Below, piece by piece: positions 14,698 through 27,431 of a stretch of 64,000 nt of DNA. This stretch comes from Psilocybe cubensis (Eukaryota), in the NCBI GenBank assembly GCA_017499595.2, contig CM039003.1, positions 806,001-870,000 on the forward strand. The letters are read 5' to 3'. The number at the start of each line of letters is the position of its first letter. Positions within the stretch are counted from its first letter, which is position 1. The notes beneath the pieces were generated by a model that worked only from the letters and a program-made list of their open reading frames with translations, searched no databases and was not told the DNA's origin. The position numbers and the translations under genes are program-made.

Positions 14698-15407
14698 CTT
14701 CGGCTGGAATTCGCGTCGCAGGGGAGAAACAATTGACGTTGAAATGTTCCTACTCTTCTTTATACATTGTGTATTTGCCGGCCACGAGCCTGCTTAGAAG
14801 ATGTTAACTAACGCCAAAAGGAAAAGGGCTCAATAAGATCTGGCCAGATCTGACAATAAAAGCTCATCCTCGAAGACTTCGGGTCCCTGAGGTTTACTAT
14901 CCTCCCTCTGTCGGTTTAAGGACTGAAAAAAACAAGGCTGATTAATGAGCCGAGGTAGACGAAATAAGACAAATGCTCACACCAACCTCCCTCAGGAGAC
15001 GGTGCATCTTTTCGTCAAATCGCGAGCACTCGAGAATAGATGGATAATTGCCATTAACGAGATTAAAGGTAAAATATGTTCATCACAGGGAGAATCATCC
15101 ATCCGGTGTCTTACGGCTGCTAATAGAATTGGCCGGAGGCTGAATTCTTCAGAGGAGTCATGAACGCCGGAAAGACCGAAGCTGATGCTGAAGGTTGTGT
15201 AAAGTCGAAGACGTTTAAGATAAGTTGAGGAAGCAAAGCCACAGTTGGGTAAGAACCTGTAGGAAGTTCTCTAGTTCAGATTTGGCAAATTAAACCATGC
15301 GTTGTGATATCGGGCGAGTCACAGGGTCTCGGAAGGAAAAAAAAACCAGCAATCAAGTGGTTCGTGGACCGCTGCATTTGAGTGCCATCGCTACAAGTAC
15401 ATCGTGT

Positions 15408-18400
15408 TCATAAACGCGATAAAATGGGGGTCTCCGATTGGGGCTCTCTCTCCCCAGTGTCCTTCACACCACTCCCATTGTCATTCCCCTTCAGGCCCTT
15501 GAACCATGACAGGAGCGTTCCTGGCCTTCCATCTTCTTCCTGAACCTTGGCTTCTGCGATAAGCATCGGCCGGTGTTTATACCACCATCGCATCGCAGCT
15601 TCCTTCTCGCGATCTCCAGTCTTCTCAAGCAATTCACTGAAGAGGGCAGCTACCAATTCGGCCTTTTTTCCTTTTCCTTCCGGAGTAGTAGTGTCGCGAG
15701 TATCGTCTTGGGGGTATTCCAAGATCAATGACCGAATTCGATCCAGAGCTCGCAGTATCAGAGAAAGAGGTAATGAGGATACGGTCGAGATCAACACCAA
15801 GTGTAGTCGATACAGTCGTTCGGCATTTTGGTCATTGTCGTCAGATCGTGCCTTTCCTTTACCTTTCGCATCTTTTGGTAGAGGCGATAGTTCATGAATC
15901 GTATCCAAAATTAATTGGATGCAGTACCAGGCGAGTGTATATGAATCATCGGGTCGTTCATCTGAGGTGACAGTGCTTGCGCTCACGCTGGCACTCCGCA
16001 CAAGAGCCGAATATGCCAGCCGTAGCTGTGGTGTGCTAAGCTTCCCATCCACCGAATTCTAACAGAAAAGTAAATCCAAGGGATAGTGATCAGATTTCTG
16101 CGGTAGAAAGAAGAAAGGTAAGGCTAAAATATAGCTATAGCACCGGTTGAATCGGTAGGAAGTGTGCGTCGCATTAACAATTTTCCCAGTCTGGGATTGC
16201 TCCAGTATAGCAAACCGCAACTTTTGTAACGCAGGCCGACACCAAGGTAGAGAAAAGAAACCATACACAAAAGCAAAAATAACACTCACGTCAATCAGGC
16301 ACGAAGCGTAGAATGGAATCATGCGCTTCACAAACGTTGCTGAGAGAACAGATTCCTGGTTTGTACTAGTCGCAAAATCCGCCTCGGGTCCGACATTTTT
16401 GTTCTCGTTATCAGAGCTAATCACACTTGATAACACCCTGGCAGCAAAAGATTGCTCAATCATGGGCTTTTGTTTGCCTAAAGAGCCACCCGAGTCCTTT
16501 GGAGACAGTTGAACTGGTTCGGTACTCTGATTTCCGGGAAGGTATTGCTGTTGACGCTGAGCGTGCGATGCAAATATGGCAAGGATGACCGAATGAGCAG
16601 ACTCATACGTCTCCCGATGAGATGGGTCGGAAAGATGCCTATGAAAGACCCGTAAGTAAAAAGCCATAATCTTGTGAAGGTTTGTGAAGAGAAGATGAAA
16701 CCCTATGGCTACCCGCTAGGTAGCCAGTCAGACGAGAACCTCCCAATGCAGCTCAGTCAATTCAACTTTGACTAATAGTGCACTATATGACTAACGCATC
16801 CGCTTTGGTCATAAAATGAAGGCAATTTGGATCATAAAATCAAGACGCCCCTTTACTGGGTAGCTACTCGGTGGCGCAGGTTGTGAGGAAAGTAAAAGGT
16901 CAACCGACTCACGGATAGCATACGCCCCATACCCAGTCTCTGATGCATTTATCACTTAAAACTGGGACTAACTGCTCAATACTTGCGAGTACAAAAGCCT
17001 GCTTGGCTTGGCGTGGGGATGTTGCCGCTATTGAAAGGTCGGGTCAACCCCCGCAATTTTGATGAAATATGACGTTAAAACCTACCACTTTCCGCCCTTT
17101 GAGAGTTAAGAGTGAAGCATATTTGTTGGACATAGGCCTCGGCCTTGAGACCAGAATCCCCAGTTGCTCCATCGCCTTGAGCAAGTATATCTAGGGCGAG
17201 ATAAAAGGTTTTCTTCAGTTGTTCGAAACCTTGAGATGTCGTAGTAACACCCCCGAACTCTGAGATCACGAAAGAGAGATGGGATAAAATGTGTAATGTT
17301 TGCAGTGCCAAAGAAGCAGGGGTGACCTCGAAGGATTGAGGCGATAGGTAAATGGCCGCCGAAAGCACCGAATCGGTCAGCATGATGGTGGTAAAAAGAA
17401 GGGTTTTCAGGGTCATCCATATCGACTTGGTAATAGCCTTCGAATCCGATGCTAAAGAAAGCTTATCAGTAGATGGTGAGCTGCGATGGTAGCATCTTCC
17501 TACCAATATCAAGATCCGTGAAGCTTGCTAATGGACATGCAATCCAATCGCGTTCGACAACCTTGGTGAGCTCTTGCAGAGTGTCCAATGTTTCAGATAT
17601 AGTACAAAGTCCATCGGACAGTCTTGATAGAGATGGTGAGTCGATGAGGAGCTCCAAAACATATGCGGTAAATCTTGAAACTGATGCCATAGACTTTGTC
17701 AACGGAGAAGATGACATTGATTGCAATGTTTGAGAAAGAGGGGATGTAGGCTAAGGTTCGAGATTTCTCAGTTATGACAGTAAACAAATTGTATGATGAG
17801 TTCACCTACCGATATGTGGACTTGGTGATTTGGAGATAGAGTAACAGAGGCGGATACAGATGACAAGAATGTTCCAGCCTTGAAGGCGGATGAAATCGTA
17901 GAAGTCAAAAGACGGGCAAGAATGGGCAGAGGAAGTGCCTTCAGTTTATGCCGTGCGACTAGGGGTAGAGACTGGGAAGCAAGAATCAGAACCAATGACA
18001 GGATATCTGTCGTGGATATGAGGCAAATGTGTAAGCTGGGAGAGGAAGAACTCGCCTTGACCTGCGGGTTGGAACTCTTTCTCCCATTCCTCAATTCCGC
18101 TCGAAGACGGAGAAGTGCTGAAACCATGAGCATACGTATCCATGACTTCGGCGAGAGAAACGACCGTCTCATCTTCTACTCCCGACCTCGCGCTCCCAAT
18201 GTCCACACCCTCTTTCTTCTCGCCCTTCTGTCCGACTTTCAAGTCCTCAACCCCCAGAAGCAGTCCAGAACACGAGGCAAGCCTCAACACAGGATGTCCG
18301 CCTTGAACACCTTTGAGCACATCCGAAACCCACTGACTCATTGTTGTCTGGAGGCTCCTTCCAAGAAGCGTGCTGACTGTTGAACGCGTCTTCGCCGCTT

Positions 18401-18653
18401 CAGTCAAAGCTCGGTATTTAAGATGTATTCCATGTCGGAAAGCGGTCGAAAATGACTGTAATTTATCATAGGTAAAAGGTTGTGACAAGTAGAAAGGAGA
18501 AGATATGGCTGTTGCCGCCAAAGCTGTTGGAAGGGGCCATGCAGTCGCCAGATGGTGTGCTAGAGCTCCTTGAAGTGTCGAAAGGGGGAGTTTGGACGAC
18601 GTATCATGAAGGTGCGATAGTAAAATAGTATACCCTCGATCTTGAGATGCCAT
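15408..18653 (-). CDS. PEX8: PEX8-like peroxin (alpha-helical, C-terminal PTS1 SRL)
   Basis: Long helical multi-exon protein. Segments GGHPVLRLASCSGLLLG, IWMTLKTLLFTTIML, YESAHSVILAIF and LSTPQLRLAYSALV resemble fungal Pex8 as I recall it. Ends ...PILSRL*. Confidence 0.65.
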
Positions 18654-18983
18654 TCCTGGGTTATTTGCACACTTTTTCAGTGTCGATAGGGTATATTATT
18701 GAGAAGAAAGAAAATGGAGGTGGAGGTTGGAAGGGAGTAACGCAACTGGGGTTTCGAGCGAAACTATCCGGTTATCAAACCGGGTGTTTACCGGTATGAG
18801 TTACCGATTCCCTAAAGATTATTGTAGGTCATTGTAGGTGCAACGATTCAACAAATTCATTGTATCACAAAAATGTTTCCTCTTATGACCCTGGTGTGTT
18901 AAGGCTAAGTAGCACAAGTTGTATAGGTACGTCCTATGTGTACATAAAATCCAGAAATCCACATTGTATATCCAAAATCTTCG

Positions 18984-21254
18984 TCAAGTCAAATTTTCAT
19001 TCGTTATGCCATGCCAGAAATTACAGCGAGAAACCAGTGCGTCGTCAACTCGTTCCATCACAGAATTTTGTGGATTAAAGAGGATGCGTGAAAAGCTAGA
19101 ATCACTGTTGACGGGCTATATGACCAGTTCGATATTCAGTCATCTGGTGTCAGTGAGAATTGTACAGTACTAACCTGCCACTCTGGGCCAGATTTGGAAA
19201 CAGGCTTGCCCGTAGTTACGAATGATGTCAAATACTCTCGCATGATTTCAAAGAGTGCTAGATCATTATGGTCTGCATCTGTAGGGGGGTTAAAGAACGC
19301 CTGCAGCTCGTCCTCATGGTTGGAACCCAGGTGAGGATTATCGTAACTATGACGTGGGTCAGGGTCTGCAGGATCCTTAAATTCGCACAAAAGGCGTACT
19401 GGTATTGGTATGCAGAATCCCCGAAAGCCGGAACGGCAGGAGTTGCCATTAAAGCACTGCAAATATATCTAGCCTCACCATACATTTGCTGACCTTGCAG
19501 GCTAACATTACCACCGAAGTCGTTCAACGGATACAAAGAGAATCCGGTGTTGATGATACTTTCACTAGTCAGATTAGGATACTGTCCAATAAGGAAATTA
19601 AAGACAGTGGTTTCTGTTGCGTTTGCCAAAGATGTATTGGCCGCAGGATCCGGGATGGTGGAAGCCCAATGAGCACCTTCATTTGTATTCGAGCCTGAAA
19701 TGACGGGAATATGGGCGAACCGACCAGCTTGGTAGGCTTCGACTGGCCTTTCCTGAATCAGGGCATTATCGACAACTGGAGCAAAAAGAAATAAAGTATC
19801 CGGCCGGGCATCGAGTAGTTTGCTTCCGGCTTTTGCCACCGCAGTGCTGGTGAGTCCGCGAAGGCAGCTTAGTTGTCCTTTTTTGGCGGCGCTCGTTCCG
19901 CTTCCGCATCCTCTAGAATGAAGGTTAAAAATAAGAATATAAGAAGGTATATTTAACCCACGCAAGCTGTGCGAATTGCTGAAAGATATCTTCATCGTAG
20001 GCATCATTGAATGCAGGCGTGTAGACAAGAGGTGGACTGTCCATTATTGCCGCATGAAAGAGGCCTTCAGTATCTCCACCGTTTGCCATGAGCTGACGGA
20101 CAGGATCAACGACTGCAGTTACAGTGATATCTACATGAACTTACATGGTACATTATGGATCCTGCTCCTGCAGACTGACCCCACACTGTGACGTGGCTGG
20201 TATTAAATTAACATCAAGATGAAACTTATTGATCAGATTTTTTTAGATTTTGCGGGACGCTGCTTACCCGCTGTCCCCTCCAAATTGACCGATGTATCTT
20301 TGGACCCATTTCAGAGCAGCCCTCTTGTAACCATATTTAGTAACGTTATGTTTCCCTGAAGAGTGCATGCATCAGATGACATACCTGATCCAAGAGCCCA
20401 GCGTTTATTGACCCGTTGCTAGCAATTTCTGATCCTCCTGCAACGTATGACATTATCTTCTGGGGCAATTTATTTGGATATTAGTTGCTACAAACCCAAG
20501 AATCCAAATTGGCCGAGACGGTATTCAAAAGAAGCAAATACGAATGGTTGAGAACTTGATGCCATAAGTAAATCGGGAAGAAAGCTATGCGTGCTGCCAG
20601 ATTGGAATCCCCCACCTACATAGCTGACATGAGATCGACGATCATGGCATCAAAAGTAGGGACTGCTATACCATGGAACCATACTAGTACTGGAAGATTG
20701 TCGCCCACATGTGTATTGTTAGGCACAAAGATCTATCAGGCATTTGCTCAATTACGCTCTGGAGCATAGCGCAAAAATTCAGACTGACATTGCCGAAAAG
20801 GCAATCCTCAGATGTTTTAGTCGCCACAGTAGTTTGAGTCGTCCGAATGCATTCGGCGCCAAACTTGAAAACAGAAAATCAGGCCCATCCCAGAAAGCAT
20901 GATAAAGCATAACTTACCTTACTCGCATCCACAGTACCCAAATTCTTGGAAGGAGGAGAAATAGGGGCTGCCCATCGTAGATTTTTCGTCGGAGCGTCTG
21001 CAAACTTGACACCTCGGAATGAAATTATCCCATTCGTAGTATTCTGCTTTCCCTTGAATTTCCCGTCTACCAATGCCGATGAAAGATGGTTAGCGTCGAT
21101 GCCAATATATTAAGGAGCAAAAAAACATACAATCCAACGTCACTGTGGAGCCAATAAGAGCACCCATACTTCTTGTTGTGAGGTCGCATAGTACTAAACG
21201 TTGGAGAAAGAAGAGAAGCAGCAGCGACAGTATATAGTGCGTCCTGTCTGCCAT
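18984..21254 (-). CDS. Type-B carboxylesterase/lipase paralog 2, secreted, multi-exon
   Basis: Signal-like MADRTHYILSLLLLFFLQRLVLC, FRGVKFADAPTKNLRW, WGQSAGAGS, GSNTNEGAHW, SLQGQQMYGEARYIC (shared with paralog 1), NHEDEL. Stop at 18984-18986. Confidence 0.9.
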
Positions 21255-22394
21255 TGATCACCGTGAACAGCCTCAAAAGTGATGCAAAAGCAGGAGGCGA
21301 TACAATTTAGTTGGAAACTTGGGAGAAATGGAGGTGCGTGGAGATAAGGGCCCTATGTAAAATACATGGACTCTACTGCAGCCACAGGCAGCACGCAACT
21401 TCCCATGGTAAGAATTCTGAAATAGATACCCAAAAAAAGGTTGACAGTCTTTGTTCGCTCGGTTGGTTGTCGATATGCTTCATAGATATCAAGCTCTATA
21501 AAGACCCAGAATTTGTTGCGAGGAATACACAGCAAGATCTTTTTACTGTCGTTTTATATGAAATTTTAGGGAACTAAGGCCTCGACAACTTTCGGGAGTC
21601 TGCAAACTGGAGAACAACTCCACTGTGTTCTGACAATAGCGCAGGATAAAAACAGCCGGAACAAACATCCGAAATGCCTGTTGAAGGAGGGTAAAACCGT
21701 GGCATATCGGTGTAAAAGATAAGAAAAAGCAGTCTCAAGTCCCGTGGATTGTGTCAGGCTGGGTGCTAGAAGATAGGTTTGAAGAAGAGATTTCAAGTTG
21801 AAGTTGCAAGTCGTGCGAAATCGGACAAACACGCGATTACATGCGCCAGTCACATGCTTCTACGCGTCATTTAGACTTTCTTGGCCTTGCCTTGGCCTCG
21901 ATCGAATGCGAATGGTCTCCAGTGTCAATCATCCAGTCGAGCTAGATCTCAAGTAAAAGAGATAATCTCTCAGAGGAACTGGTAAGCCTTAGACATATAC
22001 AAAAAAATTTCCCGCTGTATTTTATGTGAGTTCTCCGACTTTGGCCCAAAAAAGGTGCGACAAGAGGCAGAAATATCTATTTTTGGAATGTCTAATATTA
22101 GGTCAAACCTCTAAAATTATGTCACTGGCAGTTGTTCTCTTTTGCCAAGCACCGATGGACACCTAGTAATTCGAAGATGGGAGGAACCACACCATGGCCT
22201 GACAGAGGAAAACGTTGATGAACTTCTATCTCGCCTACCTAGACAACTTACCGCGCACTCTGAGATAATGGCCACTGCAGTTATTGTGTGCTCGGAGCCT
22301 ATCTCGTGGATAATCCGTCGGATGCGCAGCTCCCACCTACAGCATATGATTGGATGTCCAGATAAAATTGCAGAAGCTATGGTCATGACTAACA

Positions 22395-22402
22395 TTGTAA
22401 CC
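22395..22402. repeat. Left 8-bp target-site duplication TTGTAACC
   Basis: Identical to 30681-30688. Confidence 0.85.
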
Positions 22403-22430
22403 GAGGACAGGTGGTTTGCGAAAAAAAATG

Positions 22431-22476
22431 GCGCGGACTGTCCGCCAGACTGTCCGCCGGACTGTCCGCCGGACTC
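22431..22476. repeat. Left subterminal array of 12-bp quasi-palindromic units (GGACTGTCCGCC)
   Basis: GCGCGGACTGTCCGCCAGACTGTCCGCCGGACTGTCCGCCGGACTC read directly from the sequence. Confidence 0.9.
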
Positions 22477-22808
22477 ATAGGCCTTTGGGTGGGCCTGTGT
22501 GACTTGGGTGAGTGACAGCCGTGCTCACTCTGCTCTACAGCGATCAGTGGCCTTCCCCGACACATTACCGCCCTCCGCCCCCCGCCCCCGACCTGGCCAT
22601 GAGAATGCTAAGTGCCACTGGTTAATATTTTAATGGCACCCCGCCTCTCCTGTATTTTTCCGCCTTTTCCACCAGTTACTCCTGCGGTGTGCTACTTCCA
22701 TAGACAAGGCCCGTTTAGGTAGTATTTATTGTAGCTGTTTTAGTAGACAATAGATGTAAAATGCTAATACAATTACATCGTTGAACAACTTCTAACCTTG
22801 CAACCATT

Positions 22809-25096
22809 ATGTCCTCTTCATCTAGTGCATATTCTTCATCTACTCTCCAATCAATCCTTCAAATCCAAGCTAGTATTGCCAAATATTTGGACTTTGAAGG
22901 ATGTTTGAAGTTCATTGAACTTATCCAACTCCTAAAGCCAACAATCTGTCTGTCACAACAACCAGGACTAGCAGAATCTGATGCGGGTGAAGACAAATGT
23001 CCAGCACGGTTGCGTCTGAACGTACACACTTTTCTCGCACAATCTTTAAGTGTCGATCATGAGGCTATGAAGATTATTTGGCGTGCAATGGCCAATATTG
23101 CGTGGAATTTTAGGGTTGATGAAAGCTGTGTTCATTCCTTTGGTCAACGTCATATTCAATGCTTTCTTGACTATGGAAGACAGAATGGCATAGGTGAGTT
23201 AGCATATATATCAAGCTAAAACCACTACTAATTCTAAAATCGGAGCCTTTTATCATCTAATGCCTCCTGTTCGTCATTGCCTTGATCCACGATGTGTTAT
23301 CAAGCCCAAGACTTCTAAAAAGGATGAGCTCCATCGACGTCCACTGAAAGAAGCACATAGCCGTTCTGTTACTGTTTTTACACAATCATTTGGACCCATC
23401 CCGGGTATTTCTACTTCAATGTTTTGTTCGGGTATGTGTTTAGTATTGTTATTTTGTTGAAACTCCCCCTTCTAACAATAATAAACGCAGGATGCCAAAC
23501 TCGATACTACCCTAACTACTGGGTAGATAGAGCACAATCCACTCGGACATTTTACCGTATACATCGCACCTTTCTGCATGTTACAGAAGGAATTTTTATG
23601 GACATTGCCACGTTGGAATTGTTTACGACAATGATGTTGACGTCTTGGTAGCTTCTTTCTTTTGTTGTGAATTTCTTCCATTAACTTGGAGTGTACAGGA
23701 CTTCTGCTTCAAATTGTGCCCGCATCTATAATGAAGCAATAGCTTCAAAGTCCCTGTCATCCTCTCTTCCTGCAGCATATTCCAAAAGCATGGTGCTAGA
23801 ACACAATGACGTATGGAATGGTCTTAGTCTCTTCTGGCTTCTTGAAGACTCGGAAGAAGAAGATGAGGTCTTACAAATTGACCATGTAGCGCCTAGTCAA
23901 GCCATCCGCCTCAGAAAAGCCTTAAAGAGACGGAACCTTCGGATGGCAGGGACTGGTCAGGAAGCTTGGAACCATGTATGTGATTTATGCTGCTGGTATA
24001 ATGATTTGCCCGATGGAACACAGAGTAAATTTTGAAAATTTATGATTCTAGTGATATATAACTCATGCTTGATTCTAGCTTTCCTTCGTTCTGTGGTTAC
24101 TGATGGCATAACTATTGGACGGCCTACCTGCTCTATTCATGACTGCGATATTCCTTTGGATTCCGTCAAACATCGGTTCTGCCCTACACATAAAGATCAG
24201 AACCTTATCTGTGCGGTTACTAGCTGCTCAGCTCCCATTGATGAGGGCTATCAAACGTGCAGTCTGAAGGATCACCGAGCTCTTGAAGCATACAACGATA
24301 TCCACAATAAAGCAATGTTTCAATTAAAACTTCGGCTTGCCCGTCTCAAAACCTCACAGCCCACTGATGCCTTTTCCACTGATGATGGCCAGTCAACCAT
24401 ATTTGGCGATGAAGAGGTTTTGATTGACGCCAATGGTGTCTGTGACGAGAAGTCAGAGAAGGGTAATCAAACATTGCGAGCTCGGTTTGGAAGGCGACGC
24501 ACTCATAATGAAGAGCTGTGTGTGGCATCGTGTGGTGTAATTCTTGGACGAGCAACATTCTATGGTTCAGAGGCCCCAAACGGAGTACGGGTGCGTCATT
24601 TTTCTTGCTTCTAGAGAATTGTTGCTTATTTAATTTTCAGACATTTTGGAAGACTTTGTTTCCTACCCAAAAGTCTCTTCCAGGAGTTCTTTGGCACGAC
24701 AATAACTGTCGAATTATGTTAATGCTTGAAAAGGAGAAAGACACGTACTTTTCCCACTCAGCATTACCCGTTGACGTATTCCATTTCAAGTGTAAACATA
24801 AAGCTCAAGACGACAAATGTAATGCCAATTGTAACCCAGCAAAATGGCCCGAGCTTATGACGCCTGATGGGAAGTGGCGTTTTAACTCATCTGCAGCAGA
24901 ACAAGCCAACGCTTGGCTAGGAGGGTATCAAGCCATTGTTCGTGAGATGCAGGCCGACAGATATGAATTCTTTTTGGACGAGTTAATCAAGAGGCGAAAT
25001 CGAAACATCATTAAGGATTTGGAGAAAAAAGGGAAAAATCCACATGAAATCCCAAGGGATTTTTTACTCAAGCCAGATACACCCAGAGTCGATTAG
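22809..25096 (+). CDS. KDZ-type transposase with CxC5 and CxC6 cysteine clusters (6 exons, apparently intact)
   Basis: CxC5-like PPVRHCLDPRC...SMFCSGCQTRYYPNYWV. CxC6-like CSIHDC...RFCPTH...CAVTSC...TCSLKDH. Core motifs VVTDG, RRRTHNE..CGVI, HDNNC, VDVFHFKCKH, FNSSAAEQANAW. Exons join in frame at GT-AG sites. Confidence 0.88.
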
Positions 25097-25921
25097 TGAT
25101 ATGTAGGAAGTTGTAATAAAGAGCATTAGAAATCATGTTGGAACCTACATTAGTTGTTGTGAACAAGCAGCAATCCGGGTTTAGTTGTTGCTCTGTGTCT
25201 TGAAAGCCTGCCGCTCGCACGATAACCCCGGCCCAGGGGTGATCCTTGGTGTTATCAAACAAGCGGCAGTTTTTCAAAACATGCATCCAGTATTGCCTCG
25301 CTACCCCACAACAATAAGCTGTAATAAGCTTTGCCACTGATGAAACTGAGAAACACATATGGGCACGGCGTCAACAAAGTGTGAAGTGTGAATGCCAGTT
25401 TATTGAAAGCTAGGGTGCTAACACTCGATCAATAACCAGACCCAGAACAAACGTGAATCAAAAACATTGAAACTGAAGGCAGGAAATCGCATTAACATGC
25501 CGAAAACTCACCGCGTCATATATCAACCCATGCTGATCCCACACCTTGACTTGACTCGCAGCACCTCCGCAACGCCCAACATCCTTCACACGCGCTGTTG
25601 TCACGCATGTCTACCACCTCATCCTCATCCTCCTTTCCTAAGTATTGATGCGCATACATGCTTCCGGGGTACATTGGCATTTCGTGTTCTACATCACTCT
25701 GGCACACTGAGGTCGAGTTGAGAAACGTTCGTCCGGTTGATGAGAGAGATGAGGTTGTGGGGTTGTGGGCAGCATTGTGGAGACAATATTGAACGGGAGT
25801 CGCAAAAGGGAAGAGACCGATTCTGAATACCACTTTTGAGTTGTACAGAGAACAGGATTGCGCTGAGCTCTGAGTCCGTCGGCGTCCGCGTGAGCGCACC
25901 CATGACATCTGCGAGCTCGTT

Positions 25922-26736
25922 AATAAGTAGCCGCTTCTCCCCAATCCACCGAGTAACTCTGTCAGCGTCTATTAATTCCAACAGCTCAGGATCATCCTTC
26001 ATTTGCTCGCGGGTCAGCATAATGCGATATGCAGCCTGTCCAGAATCCACCACATGATCCGTCGAACCAAGTTCCTTCAGCATTGCTGCTCGAGTGAGCG
26101 ACTTGATACCATCGGCGGCTAATATGATATCAGCCTCGACTCGCACGGCTGGACCTACTAATGGCGTAGCCAAGAACGATGGCTTCCTGTCATCCCCGCC
26201 AAAATTCACTTCAGATACGGCAGTCGAGAAGTGAAAGGTAATGGCAGATTGTGCTTTGCAGCCTTCGTAAAGGCTCCCAGCGAGCGAGGCACGGTGTCCT
26301 ACCATGTGAGCGTAGCCATATTTATCTTTGACGGAGTCGAACTCGACAAAGCCGAGCTCTTTGTCGGTTGTTCCCTCTGGGAAGATTTAAGCACATTGAT
26401 TTACTATGTCAAGAACTGATATTACTTACGTCTGATGCTCGTGCTCTTGACTAAGACAGCCTCGGACTCGATCTTTTTCCAAACGCCGAGTTTATCGAGA
26501 ATGCGTGCCATATTGGGGGCAAGTTGAATTCCTGCTCCTACAAAACCTAGGTTGGGCGCAGTTTCGTAGACATCGATATAGAGAAACCCTTCGTGTGCTA
26601 ACGAGAGGGCACAAGTGAGGCCACCCATGCCTTGATACTAGCTATGAGTTCATCATGTGAGTCAACTAACCGGAGGAAGGAGCTCACCTGCTCCAAAGAC
26701 CGCGACTCTCAACCGTCTGACGTCGTCGAAGGTCAT
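25922..26736 (-). pseudogene. 3'-truncated FAD-dependent monooxygenase (salicylate-hydroxylase-like) inside the transposon
   Basis: MTFDDVRRLRVAVFGAG|MGGL Rossmann motif, GAGIQLAPN, ADGIKS, GQAAYRI. Similarity ends at RWIGEKRLLI and no GD(A)xH motif follows. The frame runs on into unrelated sequence to a stop at 25694. Two introns are retained. Confidence 0.82.
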
Positions 26737-26745
26737 CGTTATCAG

Positions 26746-26913
26746 ACCTAGAGAAAGACACAAGACTCAGTGAACATGATGCATGAACGACTATGTTCCA
26801 ATCTACCTAGAGAAAGACACGAGACTAGATAATAGTGTAGTTAGTGACTAGGCGAGAGGATGCTAAAGGGAGAGTGGAAACTTTACCTCAGTGAACATGA
26901 TGCATGAACGACT
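26746..26913 (-). repeat. 47-bp duplication: intronless copy at 26746-26792; second copy at 26805-26824 + 26887-26913, split by a 62-nt GT-AG intron (26825-26886)
   Basis: Direct comparison shows one mismatch. On the minus strand the intron reads GTAAAG...CACTAAC...TATCTAG. Confidence 0.85.
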
Positions 26914-27431
26914 GAGGGAAAGAGGGCCGATGGATTTATTGAGACGGAAGCTATGAGCGCAATGAGCAGGTCATTCCTTGGGGAAGAGTGCTGTAGACAT
27001 ACCACAATTAAAAAACTCGCACTTGTTTCCGGCTACAAATACAAGCCAGAGCCCGTTGTCATCCAAAAAATTTCGATGGAGTGATTTGACGGACTTACAG
27101 CACGGATTTTGAGGTCGGGTCTTGCAGGGAGTCTTGACGTTGACGAGCGAGCTGTTCTACTCGCCTCTCAGTGACCGGGGGTTGTTGATGTGGTTTTGAG
27201 TATGTTGCCAGTGTATTTCCGTGCCCGAAAATTCCTGGTAACATACTCTCTGCCTCTTGGTTGGTGGAAACAGCGAACGGGTGTGTTGGGAGGTGTAAAC
27301 GATGGATGTGCACACGGTCATGTGACTACACGCGCCCTCACGACTTCGTCAATTTCTGGGTCGTCGGATTGGCATTAACTGTAAATTTGTTCAATTGTAA
27401 TATAAGTAATCGTTACAAAGTGCTACTGTAG

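Noticed and set aside
22117-22395. Host gene interrupted by the transposon (joining 30689-30776 to 22117-22394 on the minus strand)
   Set aside because: Intron-like signals exist, but the rejoined frames give no ATG-initiated recognisable protein. More likely 3' UTR or intergenic DNA.
22431-22476. CRISPR-like short repeat array
   Set aside because: The units are contiguous with no spacers, the DNA is eukaryotic, and the array is explained as transposon subterminal repeats.
22142-22480. ORF ending in CPPDCPPDCPPDS
   Set aside because: The peptide repeat is a translation of the 12-bp subterminal DNA repeat. The ORF crosses the insertion junction and lacks an ATG start.
25097-27430. TET/JBP dioxygenase cargo expected for KDZ elements
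   Set aside because: No HxD...H...R 2OG-Fe(II) TET/JBP motif was recognisable in any frame.
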